Assembly (NCBI GenBank): GCA_017960085.1
Contig: JAGCZI010000159.1
Span: 1 to 62,874 of the forward strand
DNA length: 62,874 nucleotides
DNA from: Bacteroidales bacterium
GTDB taxonomy: Bacteria; Bacteroidota; Bacteroidia; Bacteroidales; UBA932
Reading direction: 5' to 3'
In this document: piece by piece, positions 36,387 through 45,239 of the stretch
How positions within the stretch are numbered: position 1 is the stretch's first letter
Layout: every line of letters begins with the position of its first letter
Translations under genes and position numbers: made by a program
Notes under the pieces: generated by a model
What the model saw: the letters and a program-made list of their open reading frames with translations, nothing else
Databases searched by the model: none
Told to the model about the DNA's origin: nothing

Positions 36387-36890
36387 TCAGTAGGCCAGCT
36401 TCTCCAGGGCGGCGGCCAACGACTCGGCGGTGATGTATGCGCCGATGACCTTTCCTTTCTTGTTTATCAGGTAGAAAGTAGGGATCCAGTTGACACCGTA
36501 GTCCTTGGATATCTGTGTCTCCTTCCATTTGACGAGGGAGCTGACCTGCGTCCAGTTGAGGGAATCGCTCTCAATGCCGCGCAGCCAGGCATCGCGCTCA
36601 GTGTCGAAGGACACTCCGAGGAATGCCACTCCCTTGGGAGCATACTTGGCGTGAATCTTAACCAGCTCAGGATTCTCCTTGCGGCAGTCGGGACACCAGG
36701 ATGCCCAGAAATCTATGACGAGATACCTGTCCTTGAAGTCGCTGAGCGAAACAAGCTTTCCGTCGGGGGTTGGCAGCTTGAATGCGGGAGCTTTCTTGCC
36801 GGCCTTGATGACGGCGCTCATATCTTGTGCAGAAAGACCGATGCCGCTGATGAATAAGGCGGCAATGATCATGGTAACTATGCGTTTCAC
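36387..36890 (-). CDS. TlpA/AhpC-family thiol:disulfide oxidoreductase (secreted thioredoxin-like protein)
   Basis: 167 aa with a signal peptide. Active site FWASWCPDC (CxxC). Starts 2 nt after the stop of the upstream URO-D-family gene. Confidence 0.88.
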   Translation of the reverse strand: MKRIVTMIIAALFISGIGLSAQDMSAVIKAGKKAPAFKLPTPDGKLVSLSDFKDRYLVIDFWASWCPDCRKENPELVKIHAKYAPKGVAFLGVSFDTERDAWLRGIESDSLNWTQVSSLVKWKETQISKDYGVNWIPTFYLINKKGKVIGAYITAESLAAALEKLAY

Positions 36891-36892
36891 GG

Positions 36893-37954
36893 CTATAATG
36901 TTTTATTAATGTCAGCAACTGCGGCAATGAGGGCGTCGATGTTCTCTTTTTTCGCGCCCATCGGCAGGCCGCCTCCGGTGCTGAGGAGCAGGCCGTGGTG
37001 GCTTCCGTTGCCGGCTATATATTTCTCTACTATATCCTTGGTGGCTTTGTAGACGTTCTCGGGAGTGTCATTGACGAGAAGCATCGGCGGAACGTTACCC
37101 ATCAGGACGACTTTGTCTCCTGCAAGTTTACGGCTTGCAACTATGTCTTCCATATGGGTGAAGTTGAAGGCGTCTACGCCCATCTCCTCGAGATGTGAAT
37201 AGCACGAATTCGAGGTGAAGTCATTGTGGAAGAAATGACGGTATCCGGGGAAGGCGTCGAAAACCCTCTGCATATAGGGCTGGCAGAGAGTCTGGAAATC
37301 GTCGGGGCTGAAGTATCCGCACACGTCGTCCAGAACCATTATGGCCTTGGCGGTCTTGACGTTCTCCAGCTGGGCGTTCAGCCAGTCGATGACCATCTGG
37401 GTGCTCTTCTCCAGAAGGACGGATGCGGTGTCGGGATCCATCATCATAAGCATCAGCAGCTGGGTGACTGTGAACATATGGGAGGCGACAGTGAAAGGAC
37501 CGCGGGCGCAGACCATATAGACTTCTTCACCCTGGGCTTCCATAATCGGCTGGTATATCCGCTGCTGATTGAGCAGCAGGGGCATCACACCGTCGACGCG
37601 GGGGTCGGGAGTATGGATGTTGCCGAACACTTCGCGGGCTTTGTCGAGGTCCTCGGTCAAGGGGCGCAGATGGGGAAGGTTGTCATCGTAGAAGCAAAGC
37701 GAGCATCCGAAGCCGGAAGGCTCTGCGGTCATTCCGTACTCAACCCACCATCCGGGGATGAAGATAGCGTCCGGGAAGTCCTTGGTGATTTTCTGGTTGT
37801 CCTCGATGAACAACTTGGTGTTGGCGTAATAATCAATGAAAGTATGTCCGCAGTACCCGGGAATCCAGGGGCTGTCGGCGATAAGTGCTACGGGGATCTT
37901 GGCGTTTTTGTGGTCCAAGGTTTCTTCAATCAGCTTTATTTGATCGGCATTCAT
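36893..37954 (-). CDS. Uroporphyrinogen-decarboxylase (URO-D)/MtaA-family methyltransferase, copy A (lacks the HxC..C zinc triad)
   Basis: Real start is ATG at 37954 (MNADQIKLIEETLDHK..), giving 353 aa. URO-D-fold blocks FIPGWWVEYGMTAEPSGFGC and ARGPFTVASHMF. The Zn-site position reads FFHNDFTS and the later site reads LLSTGGGLP. The ORF-track version to 38182 overlaps the divergent corrinoid gene. Confidence 0.75.
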   Translation of the reverse strand: MNADQIKLIEETLDHKNAKIPVALIADSPWIPGYCGHTFIDYYANTKLFIEDNQKITKDFPDAIFIPGWWVEYGMTAEPSGFGCSLCFYDDNLPHLRPLTEDLDKAREVFGNIHTPDPRVDGVMPLLLNQQRIYQPIMEAQGEEVYMVCARGPFTVASHMFTVTQLLMLMMMDPDTASVLLEKSTQMVIDWLNAQLENVKTAKAIMVLDDVCGYFSPDDFQTLCQPYMQRVFDAFPGYRHFFHNDFTSNSCYSHLEEMGVDAFNFTHMEDIVASRKLAGDKVVLMGNVPPMLLVNDTPENVYKATKDIVEKYIAGNGSHHGLLLSTGGGLPMGAKKENIDALIAAVADINKTL

Positions 37955-37996
37955 TATAAAAAGAGATAAAGGTTTTACAAAAGGGCGATATTTTCT

Positions 37997-38004
37997 CAAA
38001 GTTA
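37997..38004 (-). promoter_or_regulatory. Candidate -7 promoter box (TAACTTTG on the minus strand)
   Basis: The plus strand reads CAAAGTTA, 42 nt upstream of the ATG at 37954. Confidence 0.4.
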
Positions 38005-38066
38005 ATGATTTTTCTTTTGCTTTTTTGTAAATTCGAAACCCAACAACAATAATAATATCACTTATA

Positions 38067-38696
38067 ATGGCAGAATTTCCCCAACTACACGATGCAATCC
38101 TTACAGGCAACCTGAATAATGCAGTTGCCGCCACCAAAGAAGCGATTGCAGCCGGTGCTGAGCCTGGTGACCTGGTCAACAATTATATGATCAAAGCCAT
38201 GGAAGACATCGGTGCAAAGTTCGAAGCCGGACAGGCTTATGTTCCCAACCTGCTGATGGCTGCACGCGCAATGAAAGGTTCACTTGAACTTCTCAAGCCA
38301 ATGATGCAGGGTTCAGGTGTCACCTCGATGGGCAAGATAGTCATAGCTACAGTCAAAGGTGACCTGCACGACATCGGAAAGAACCTCGTAGCCTCGATGC
38401 TCGAAGGCTGCGGATTCGAAGTCATCAACCTTGGTGTAGACCAGTCTGACCAGAAAATAGTCGATGCAGTGAACCAGCATCACCCTGACATCCTTGCGCT
38501 TTCAGCCCTGCTCACCACCACTATGGGCAATATGAAAGTCGTCATCGACGCGCTGACTGCCGCCGGCCTGCGCAACAGCGTCAAGATAATGGTCGGAGGC
38601 GCTCCCATCAGCGAGGCTTTCGCCAAAGAGATAGGCGCCGATGGATACAGCGCCAATGCAAACGAAGCTGTAGCACTGGCAAAATCCCTCGTCTGA
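38067..38696 (+). CDS. Corrinoid (cobalamin)-binding protein of methyltransferase systems (MtaC/MtbC-like)
   Basis: 209 aa. N-terminal helical cap, then a B12-binding Rossmann domain with GDLHDIGKNLV (DxHxxG), SALLTTT (SxL) and MVGGAPI (GG). Confidence 0.88.
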   Translation: MAEFPQLHDAILTGNLNNAVAATKEAIAAGAEPGDLVNNYMIKAMEDIGAKFEAGQAYVPNLLMAARAMKGSLELLKPMMQGSGVTSMGKIVIATVKGDLHDIGKNLVASMLEGCGFEVINLGVDQSDQKIVDAVNQHHPDILALSALLTTTMGNMKVVIDALTAAGLRNSVKIMVGGAPISEAFAKEIGADGYSANANEAVALAKSLV

Positions 38697-38699
38697 GCT

Positions 38700-39350
38700 A
38701 TGGATTTCCGCAGGATGACAATGTCGGACATTTCGCTCGACCTCTATGAGATATACCGTTCAATGGGCTATCCTGACCCGGATTTTCCTCCGGAAGATAT
38801 GAAGTCCATAGTTGAAGGGCTGCTCGAGAGGTTCGCTCCGATTTGCCATCCTCAGTTCCATTACATCGAATCTACTGTCGACGGTCTCTCGCCGAAGGGA
38901 ATAATTATGAAAGGCCTTTCCGGCGCTGAGAAATACATCCTGTTCATCGCGACCGCGGGGTTGGAGTTCCAGGAAGAAATCAACAAGATTTCCGAGGAGG
39001 GCGACATAGTTAAAGTCTATGCTGCGGACCTTATCGGGAGTGAAATAGCCGAGGCCACTGTCAGAGAGTGTGCCAAAGCTATAGAGGCTGATTATCCGGA
39101 TCAGGGGGTCAGCAATTCCTACAGTCCCGGCTATTGCGGCTGGGTGCTGTCCGACCAGAGGGAGATTTTCTCGCGTTTCAAAGGTGCCACCTGCGGCGTG
39201 ACCCTCAATGATTCCTGCCTGATGTATCCCATCAAATCCGTGAGCGGGATCATCTCGGTCGGGGCCGAAGTACAAAAAAGAGAATACGGCTGCGCCATCT
39301 GCGGCCGCAAAGATTGTTATAAGAACCGTTTGAAAATTAAAAAGAAATGA
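38700..39350 (+). CDS. Methionine-synthase activation-domain-like protein (Met_synt_B12-like, putative corrinoid reactivation module)
   Basis: 216 aa. SYSPGYCGWVLSDQ resembles the RPAPGYPACPDH AdoMet-site motif of the MetH activation domain. C-terminal CAICGRKDCYKNR. Sits between the corrinoid protein and a methyltransferase. The family assignment is from memory and is moderately secure. Confidence 0.6.
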   Translation: MDFRRMTMSDISLDLYEIYRSMGYPDPDFPPEDMKSIVEGLLERFAPICHPQFHYIESTVDGLSPKGIIMKGLSGAEKYILFIATAGLEFQEEINKISEEGDIVKVYAADLIGSEIAEATVRECAKAIEADYPDQGVSNSYSPGYCGWVLSDQREIFSRFKGATCGVTLNDSCLMYPIKSVSGIISVGAEVQKREYGCAICGRKDCYKNRLKIKKK

Positions 39351-40348
39351 ATGTCAACGACTGGAAGAAGGAAATAATCGCATGCCCTGCAAGGGCTGCC
39401 GTTCCCGTAATGACACATCCGGGCATCGAGATGCTCGGCTACAACGTAAAAGAGGCCGTCAGCTCCGGCCAGATTCACTATGAGGCCGTCAAGGCATTGT
39501 GCGAAAAGTATCCTCAGTCTGCAGCTCTCACCACCATTATGGACCTCAGTGTAGAGGCCCAGGCTTTCGGCGCCAGCGTATCTTTCAGTTATGAAGCCAT
39601 CCCTTCTATTGAAGGCCGTCTGGTAGAAGATGCAGCCGCTATCGAGGCTTTGGAAGTGCCGTCCCTGGAGGCTGGCAGGATTCCCGAATATCTTAAGGCA
39701 GACAAACTTGCCGCCACATTGCCCAAACCTGTTTTTGCAGGATGCATAGGCCCGTTCTCCCTGGCAGGCCGCCTCTACGGTATGACGGAGATTATGATGG
39801 GAATCTACATCGAGCCCGAGGCTATGCAGGTGCTGCTTGACAAATGCACCGAATTCCTCCTCAAATATGTGAAGGCGATCAAAGAAACAGGATGTCCTGC
39901 TGTTCTTATGGCAGAGCCGGCTTCCGGCCTTCTGTCAAACGAGGACAACCTGATGTGGTGCACTCCGTATGTGAAGAAGATCATCGACGCCGTGCAGGAT
40001 GAAAGTTTTGCCGTGGTGCTCCACAACTGCGGAAACACCGGCCACTGCACCGAAGCGATGGTTGCCACCGGTGCCTGGGGCTTCCATTTCGGCAACAAGA
40101 TCGATATGGTCCAGGCTGTTGAAGGCTGTCCTGCCGATGCGCTTGCTTTCGGCAACGTAGACCCTGTTTCCGTTTTCAAGCAGGCAAGTCCCGAAGAAAT
40201 GTACAAAGTCACCAGCGAACTTCTTCAAGCAACGGCAAAATATCCTAACTTTGTGCTGTCATCCGGCTGCGATACGCCTCCCGGTGTGTCACCTGCCAAT
40301 ATTGAAGCCTTCTACAAGGCTTTGGAGGATTTTAACAAAGGGAAATGA
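39347..40348 (+). CDS. URO-D/MtaA-family methylcobamide:thiol-type methyltransferase, copy B (retains the HxC..C zinc motif)
   Basis: 333 aa. VVLHNCGNTGH (H-x-C) and VLSSGCDTPPG (Cys) fall at the positions of the MtaA/MT2 zinc ligands. ATGA overlap with the upstream gene. Confidence 0.78.
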   Translation: MNVNDWKKEIIACPARAAVPVMTHPGIEMLGYNVKEAVSSGQIHYEAVKALCEKYPQSAALTTIMDLSVEAQAFGASVSFSYEAIPSIEGRLVEDAAAIEALEVPSLEAGRIPEYLKADKLAATLPKPVFAGCIGPFSLAGRLYGMTEIMMGIYIEPEAMQVLLDKCTEFLLKYVKAIKETGCPAVLMAEPASGLLSNEDNLMWCTPYVKKIIDAVQDESFAVVLHNCGNTGHCTEAMVATGAWGFHFGNKIDMVQAVEGCPADALAFGNVDPVSVFKQASPEEMYKVTSELLQATAKYPNFVLSSGCDTPPGVSPANIEAFYKALEDFNKGK

Positions 40349-40767
40349 GAACGATAACCATAAAAAGCCTTGAGGAAATAGATGCTGCAGCGAAAGAATT
40401 TGCCGCTGCTTTGGGAGAGGACAGGATAGTGGCTTTTTATGGCAGTATGGGAGCTGGGAAGACTACTTTCATCAGCGCCCTGTGCAAGTTTTTCGGCGCG
40501 GAAGATGACGTCTGCAGCCCGACATTCACAATTGTCAACGAATATCGCGCTGCAGACGGAGACAGCATCTTCCATTTCGACTTCTACCGCATAGACTCTC
40601 TCAAGGAGGCTGTGGATATCGGTTTTGAGGAGTACCTCTATTCGGGCAGCCTCTGTCTGATAGAGTGGCCTGAAAAAGTCGAACCGTTGCTCCCGGAGGA
40701 GACATTGAGAGTGCATATCACCGTCGCTGACGACGGAAGCAGGACTTTAGACCTGGAAAACGATTAA
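40345..40767 (+). CDS. tsaE: tRNA t6A37 biosynthesis ATPase TsaE
   Basis: 140 aa. FYGSMGAGKTTFISAL P-loop, SPTFTIVNEY, HFDFYRI and IEWPE. ATGA overlap with the upstream stop. Confidence 0.92.
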   Translation: MRTITIKSLEEIDAAAKEFAAALGEDRIVAFYGSMGAGKTTFISALCKFFGAEDDVCSPTFTIVNEYRAADGDSIFHFDFYRIDSLKEAVDIGFEEYLYSGSLCLIEWPEKVEPLLPEETLRVHITVADDGSRTLDLEND

Positions 40768-40779
40768 ATACGATATATT

Positions 40780-41151
40780 ATGGGCATCAGTTTTTTACCT
40801 ACACCCAAGCACAGGGTATTCCATTACGAACCCCGCTACTGGAATGAGAAGGAAGAGAAGATGAAGGAGCGCTACGCCAAGTACGGCAAAGAGTATGACC
40901 CCAAGGCTCCTTGGGAAGGCAAAGGCGCGGATGAAACCGAAGATGGAAAAGGCGAGGTGAAGAATCATCTCAGGGACGGATATGTGCCCGGCATCCTTAT
41001 TCGTGACGCATACCGCAACGGTATCGACAGCAACCGGCGCAAGACCACCAACACCAAGCTGAGGACTATCATCATCATCGTATCTCTGCTGCTGGCTGTC
41101 ATCGCAGTCTACTATTTCACTATGGGTATCAACGTTCTTCTTCAGCAGTAA
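40780..41151 (+). CDS. Hypothetical protein with a C-terminal TM anchor
   Basis: 123-aa ORF with coding-like composition. The single C-terminal helix reads LRTIIIIVSLLLAVIAVYYF. Its stop overlaps the mutL start (TAATG). Confidence 0.6.
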   Translation: MGISFLPTPKHRVFHYEPRYWNEKEEKMKERYAKYGKEYDPKAPWEGKGADETEDGKGEVKNHLRDGYVPGILIRDAYRNGIDSNRRKTTNTKLRTIIIIVSLLLAVIAVYYFTMGINVLLQQ

Positions 41152-42872
41152 TGATAAATGTTCTGCCGGGCAATATAGCCAATCTGATAGCAGCGGGAGA
41201 AGTAGTCAACCGTCCGGCATCTGCTCTCAAAGAATTGTTGGAGAACAGCATCGATGCTGGTGCTGACGATATATCCGTGGTCGTCGAAGATTCCGGGCGT
41301 ACATCTATCCGTGTCGTTGACAACGGCTCCGGTATGAGCCCCGAAGATGCGAAACTTTGTTTCGAGCGGCACGCCACCTCCAAGATCTCCACTGCAGAAG
41401 ACCTTGAAAGCATCATCACATACGGATTCAGGGGAGAAGCCCTGGCTTCCATAGCAGCAGTGTCCAGGGTGACTCTGCGCACCCGCAGGCAGGAAGACGA
41501 GGTGGGCTTCGAGGTCCGTTGCTCCGAATCGAAGATTACCTATGCCGAGCCTGCTTCCACCCCCAAGGGTTGCAGCATAGAAGTCAGGGATCTTTTCTAT
41601 AACACTCCCGCACGGCGAAAGTTCCTGAAGTCGGACGCTGCAGAGCTGAGGCATCTGGTGCAGGAGTTTTCCCGCGTTGTCATAGTGCATCCTTCGATTT
41701 CCTTCACTTTCATCCATAACGGGAAAACACTCTATAACCTGCGTGCAGTAAACAATGCAAAACAGCGCATAGTCGACTTCGGCGGAGCAGCCCTCGCGAA
41801 GGAGCTTGTTGACATTTCCGTTGAAACATCCCTGGTGAAAATCAACGGCTACGTCGGTGCCCCTGCAGAAGCCCGCAAGGTGCAGAACAACCAGTATTTC
41901 TTCGTAAACGGCCGTTATTTCCGGAGTCCATACTTTTACAAGGCTGTCTGCAAGCCTTACGAACATCTGCTGAAAGATGGTTTTGCTCCTTCGTATTTCA
42001 TATTCCTTGAAGTCGACCCTTCGACGGTCGATGTCAATATACATCCGGCAAAGACTGAAGTCAAGTTCGAAGACGAGGCGATGATTTTCGAAATATTGAG
42101 CGTTACAGTGCGCAAAGCCTTGGGCCAGAATGCATTCACTCCGAGTTTTGATTTCGACCAGGTGCCTTCGATAGAGTTCCCCGCGATGACGAAGGAGACG
42201 TCAGGCTACACTCCGCCTCCCAAGATCAACTATGACCCGCTTTTTGACCCGTTCGAGATGGAAAGCCGGGTTAGGGAGGATATCCCGGTGCGTGTCAGCG
42301 GCGGGAGCGTCAGTGCACTGCAACCAGCAATCGTGTTCGGTTCCAGATATATCGCAGTGCCGGTGGACAAAGGCCTTATGGTGGTAGACATACCCAGGGC
42401 CAGGGAGAGGGTCCTCTATGAAGAGTATTTCCCCCAGCTGGCCGAGAAGCAGCCCGTGACGGAACAGTCTCTCTATCCATTGAGCCTTGACCTCAGCCCG
42501 GAAGACCACGAGATTACTTTAGACAACGCAGATCTCTTCGGACGGCTGGGCTTTGACCTCAGAGACCTCGGCCAGAATTCAATCGTCATTTACGGCCTTC
42601 CTGCCGGAATGAACACAGACAGCAAAGGTGTTGAAGAGGCAATATCGATGATAATAGATGACATCAGGCACGGCACTTTGGGAGACGATGCTGCAAGAGA
42701 TGCTGTCACTTTGGCACATTCAGTGGCTTTCGGAGACCAAAAAAGGGTCGATGCCGCCGGGGCACAATTGTTGGTGAAGCAGCTGCTTGACTGCCGTCAG
42801 AGCGAAACTGCTCCTTCCGGCGGCAGGACATTCACAATCTTGACTGATGAAGATATAGAAAAGAAGCTATGA
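41151..42872 (+). CDS. mutL: DNA mismatch repair protein MutL (endonuclease motifs degenerate)
   Basis: The N-terminal GHKL ATPase reads MINVLPGNIANLIAAGEVVNRPASALKELLENSIDAGA.. DNGSGM.. GFRGEALASI. The C-terminal dimerisation domain is present, but it has DIPRARERVLYE where DQHAxxExxxxE is expected. Confidence 0.93.
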   Translation: MINVLPGNIANLIAAGEVVNRPASALKELLENSIDAGADDISVVVEDSGRTSIRVVDNGSGMSPEDAKLCFERHATSKISTAEDLESIITYGFRGEALASIAAVSRVTLRTRRQEDEVGFEVRCSESKITYAEPASTPKGCSIEVRDLFYNTPARRKFLKSDAAELRHLVQEFSRVVIVHPSISFTFIHNGKTLYNLRAVNNAKQRIVDFGGAALAKELVDISVETSLVKINGYVGAPAEARKVQNNQYFFVNGRYFRSPYFYKAVCKPYEHLLKDGFAPSYFIFLEVDPSTVDVNIHPAKTEVKFEDEAMIFEILSVTVRKALGQNAFTPSFDFDQVPSIEFPAMTKETSGYTPPPKINYDPLFDPFEMESRVREDIPVRVSGGSVSALQPAIVFGSRYIAVPVDKGLMVVDIPRARERVLYEEYFPQLAEKQPVTEQSLYPLSLDLSPEDHEITLDNADLFGRLGFDLRDLGQNSIVIYGLPAGMNTDSKGVEEAISMIIDDIRHGTLGDDAARDAVTLAHSVAFGDQKRVDAAGAQLLVKQLLDCRQSETAPSGGRTFTILTDEDIEKKL

Positions 42873-43516
42873 ACAATTTCTGGAGGATGACCACACCTGT
42901 GGTCAAAAACCTTATAGTCATAAATACGATCATACTGCTGGGCACAATGCTCATCGGTGACAGGGCTTATGAATATCTTGCCCTTTTCCCGTTCGAATCT
43001 CCTCTTTTCAAGTGGTATCAGATGGTGACCCATATGTTTATGCACGGCGGTTTCTGGCACCTGTTCTTCAATATGTATACCCTGATGATCTTCGGAACCT
43101 CACTGGAGAGAATGTGGGGAGGCAAGAAGTTCCTCCTGTTCTATTTCGTCACAGGACTTGGAGCAGCGCTCTGCCACAATCTCGTGCTGCATCTCCAGAT
43201 AGAGCATTTTCAGGCTATAGGTGATATGGCCAAGGCCACATCACTGATGGCAATACCTACCGTAGGCGCGTCAGGTGCCATCTATGGCGTGCTGTTGGGA
43301 TATGCTATGCTTTTCCCCAACCATATCCTCCAGCTTATCTTCCCCCCGGTTGCAATGAAGGCAAAATGGTTCGTCGTGATTTTCGGCGCTATCGAGCTTG
43401 TCACCGGCATCACCGGGATGGGCGGCAATATCGCACATTTCGCACATCTGGGCGGTATGCTCTTCGGCCTGCTGCTGATCCTTTACTGGAAGAAGAAAAA
43501 CAGGATGTATTACTAG
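42869..43516 (+). CDS. Rhomboid-family intramembrane serine protease
   Basis: 215 aa. HMFMHGGFWHLFFNM and GASGAIYGVL (catalytic Ser), with AHLGGMLFG (catalytic His). Confidence 0.9.
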   Translation: MNNFWRMTTPVVKNLIVINTIILLGTMLIGDRAYEYLALFPFESPLFKWYQMVTHMFMHGGFWHLFFNMYTLMIFGTSLERMWGGKKFLLFYFVTGLGAALCHNLVLHLQIEHFQAIGDMAKATSLMAIPTVGASGAIYGVLLGYAMLFPNHILQLIFPPVAMKAKWFVVIFGAIELVTGITGMGGNIAHFAHLGGMLFGLLLILYWKKKNRMYY

Positions 43517-43519
43517 CCT

Positions 43520-44650
43520 ATGCCCAGGGTCCGCAAATACAAAAACGTGACAGAACCCAAATGGGGAAAGTCGGAGAAGAAGAAACCCCGTTCCGTCCGT
43601 TTCTCTTTCGGCGACTTTCTGCTGAAACTCTTTGCTCTTGCGGGAGCTGCAGCGCTGTTGCTGGCGTACGTGTCCGTGTACCTGAAACCCTCTGACCTGT
43701 CGTCGGTGCTGATGTTTTTCGGTCTGTATTTCATCCCTATACTGGCCTTCAACCTGATTGTTTTCATCGTAGCTCTGGTACGGCTCCGCTACATAGCATT
43801 CCTGTCTTTCCTTGTGATGCTGCCTACTCTGTTCTATGCCGACCTTTTCGTCAAGCTGGGCGGCGAAGAGACGGTTCCGGAAGGGAAGCCGTTCAAGATA
43901 CTGACATATAATGTAGGCAAGATGGAGCTCTCGCTTGACAAGCAGACTGCGGCGGCAAACACTGCCAGAGTGGAAGACTTCCTCAAGCAGGAAAATCCCG
44001 ACATTGTCTGCCTTCAGGAGTTTTCGATGCCAGGTATGGACGGCTATGAGAGTTTTCTCTCTAAGCTGCCCAACCGCTTCCAGTATTTCGTGACCAGCAA
44101 GCCTTTGTACGGAAATGTTATCCTGAGCCGTTATCCTGTCCTTGACGGAGGCCATATCAAGTTCGAGAAAAGCAGCAATATGTGCATCTGGGCAGACCTG
44201 GACATAGACGGTGAGATACTCAGGGTTTATAACTGCCACCTCCAGTCAAATTCCATCTCCTTCACCAACCTGATACAGCGTATGGCCACCAAAGGCGAGT
44301 TGAAATCAGAAGTCCGTGAGGTGCACGACAAACTCAGAGGTTCAAACAAGGTCCGTGCGCAGCAGGTGGAAGACATCCTCGAGCATTGCAGCCAGTGTGA
44401 GTATCCGGTGATAATCTGCGGAGATTTCAACGACACACCCGTTTCGCATACATACTATAAGCTCCATAAGGGGCGCAAAGACAGTTTCGCGGAGGCTGGA
44501 GAGGGCTTCGGAGCGAGCTATGCTTATTTCTGGCCTTTTTTGAGGATTGATTATATCTTGTTCCCCAAGGAGTACAGCGCCTACAGGAACGAGATTAAAA
44601 GAGAGCAATATTCTGACCACTATCCGGTCATTACGCATATTTACAGATAA
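43520..44650 (+). CDS. Endonuclease/exonuclease/phosphatase (EEP)-family protein with an N-terminal membrane domain
   Basis: 376 aa with 3-4 N-terminal TM helices. EEP motifs ILTYNV, IVCLQE, ICGDFNDTP and SDHYPV. Confidence 0.85.
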   Translation: MPRVRKYKNVTEPKWGKSEKKKPRSVRFSFGDFLLKLFALAGAAALLLAYVSVYLKPSDLSSVLMFFGLYFIPILAFNLIVFIVALVRLRYIAFLSFLVMLPTLFYADLFVKLGGEETVPEGKPFKILTYNVGKMELSLDKQTAAANTARVEDFLKQENPDIVCLQEFSMPGMDGYESFLSKLPNRFQYFVTSKPLYGNVILSRYPVLDGGHIKFEKSSNMCIWADLDIDGEILRVYNCHLQSNSISFTNLIQRMATKGELKSEVREVHDKLRGSNKVRAQQVEDILEHCSQCEYPVIICGDFNDTPVSHTYYKLHKGRKDSFAEAGEGFGASYAYFWPFLRIDYILFPKEYSAYRNEIKREQYSDHYPVITHIYR

Positions 44651-44653
44651 ATT

Positions 44654-45229
44654 ATGGAAGAAGATCTCAAACAGGAAATAGATGCCGCCGTCAAGGTTCT
44701 CAAGGAAGGGGGCGTGATATTGTATCCTACCGATACTGTGTGGGGCATCGGATGTGATGCCACCGACAAGGATGCGGTAGCGAGAGTTTTTGAAATCAAG
44801 CAGCGCAGCGACGCCAAGAGCCTTATAACCCTTGTGGCTGACGCAGATATGATAGGCCGCTACGTCAAGGTTATACCTCAGATGGCCATAGAGCTGATCG
44901 AGGTTAATGATAAGCCGATGACCATCATCTATCCCGGCGCTATGGGCCTGGCGGAGAATGTTGTGGCGGAAGACGGAAGTGTCGGTATCAGGGTTCCCCA
45001 GAGTGAATTCTGCAGACAGCTCTGCCGCCGTTTCGGCGGTGCTATAGTCTCTACATCCGCCAATATTTCCGGGGAGGAGGCGCCGGCATCTTTTGAAGAT
45101 ATCAATGCAGCCATCCTTGACGAAGTCGACCATATCGTGGACCCCTGCTATGAGGAGGGCGCTACGGGTATCTCTTCGCAGATAATCAAAGTCGGACTGG
45201 ACGGCGAGGTCAAGGTCATCAGGGAATAA
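44654..45229 (+). CDS. tsaC: L-threonylcarbamoyladenylate synthase (YrdC/TsaC type)
   Basis: 191 aa. ILYPTDTVWGIGCDA, IKQRSDAKSLI and VSTSANISGE. Confidence 0.9.
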   Translation: MEEDLKQEIDAAVKVLKEGGVILYPTDTVWGIGCDATDKDAVARVFEIKQRSDAKSLITLVADADMIGRYVKVIPQMAIELIEVNDKPMTIIYPGAMGLAENVVAEDGSVGIRVPQSEFCRQLCRRFGGAIVSTSANISGEEAPASFEDINAAILDEVDHIVDPCYEEGATGISSQIIKVGLDGEVKVIRE

Positions 45230-45239
45230 TACAAATAAT

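Noticed and set aside
37955-38066. Cobalamin riboswitch upstream of the corrinoid-protein gene
   Set aside because: The spacer is only 112 bp and very AT-rich. It lacks any B12-box-like GC-rich core.
36893-38182. ORF-track 429-aa version of URO-D-family gene A; similar N-terminal over-extensions at 4586, 30531, 32002, 54368, 59740 and 21985..23238
   Set aside because: Each extension overlaps the neighbouring gene or a promoter spacer and adds sequence with no family similarity. Internal ATG/GTG starts give proper signal peptides or domain boundaries.
43271-45133. Two long minus-strand ORFs (322 aa and 263 aa) across the rhomboid, EEP and tsaC genes
   Set aside because: Both lie antisense to genes with clear family motifs (GASGAIYG, SDHYPV, YPTDTVWGIGCDA). 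Their translations are rich in R, H and Q with no domain signature.
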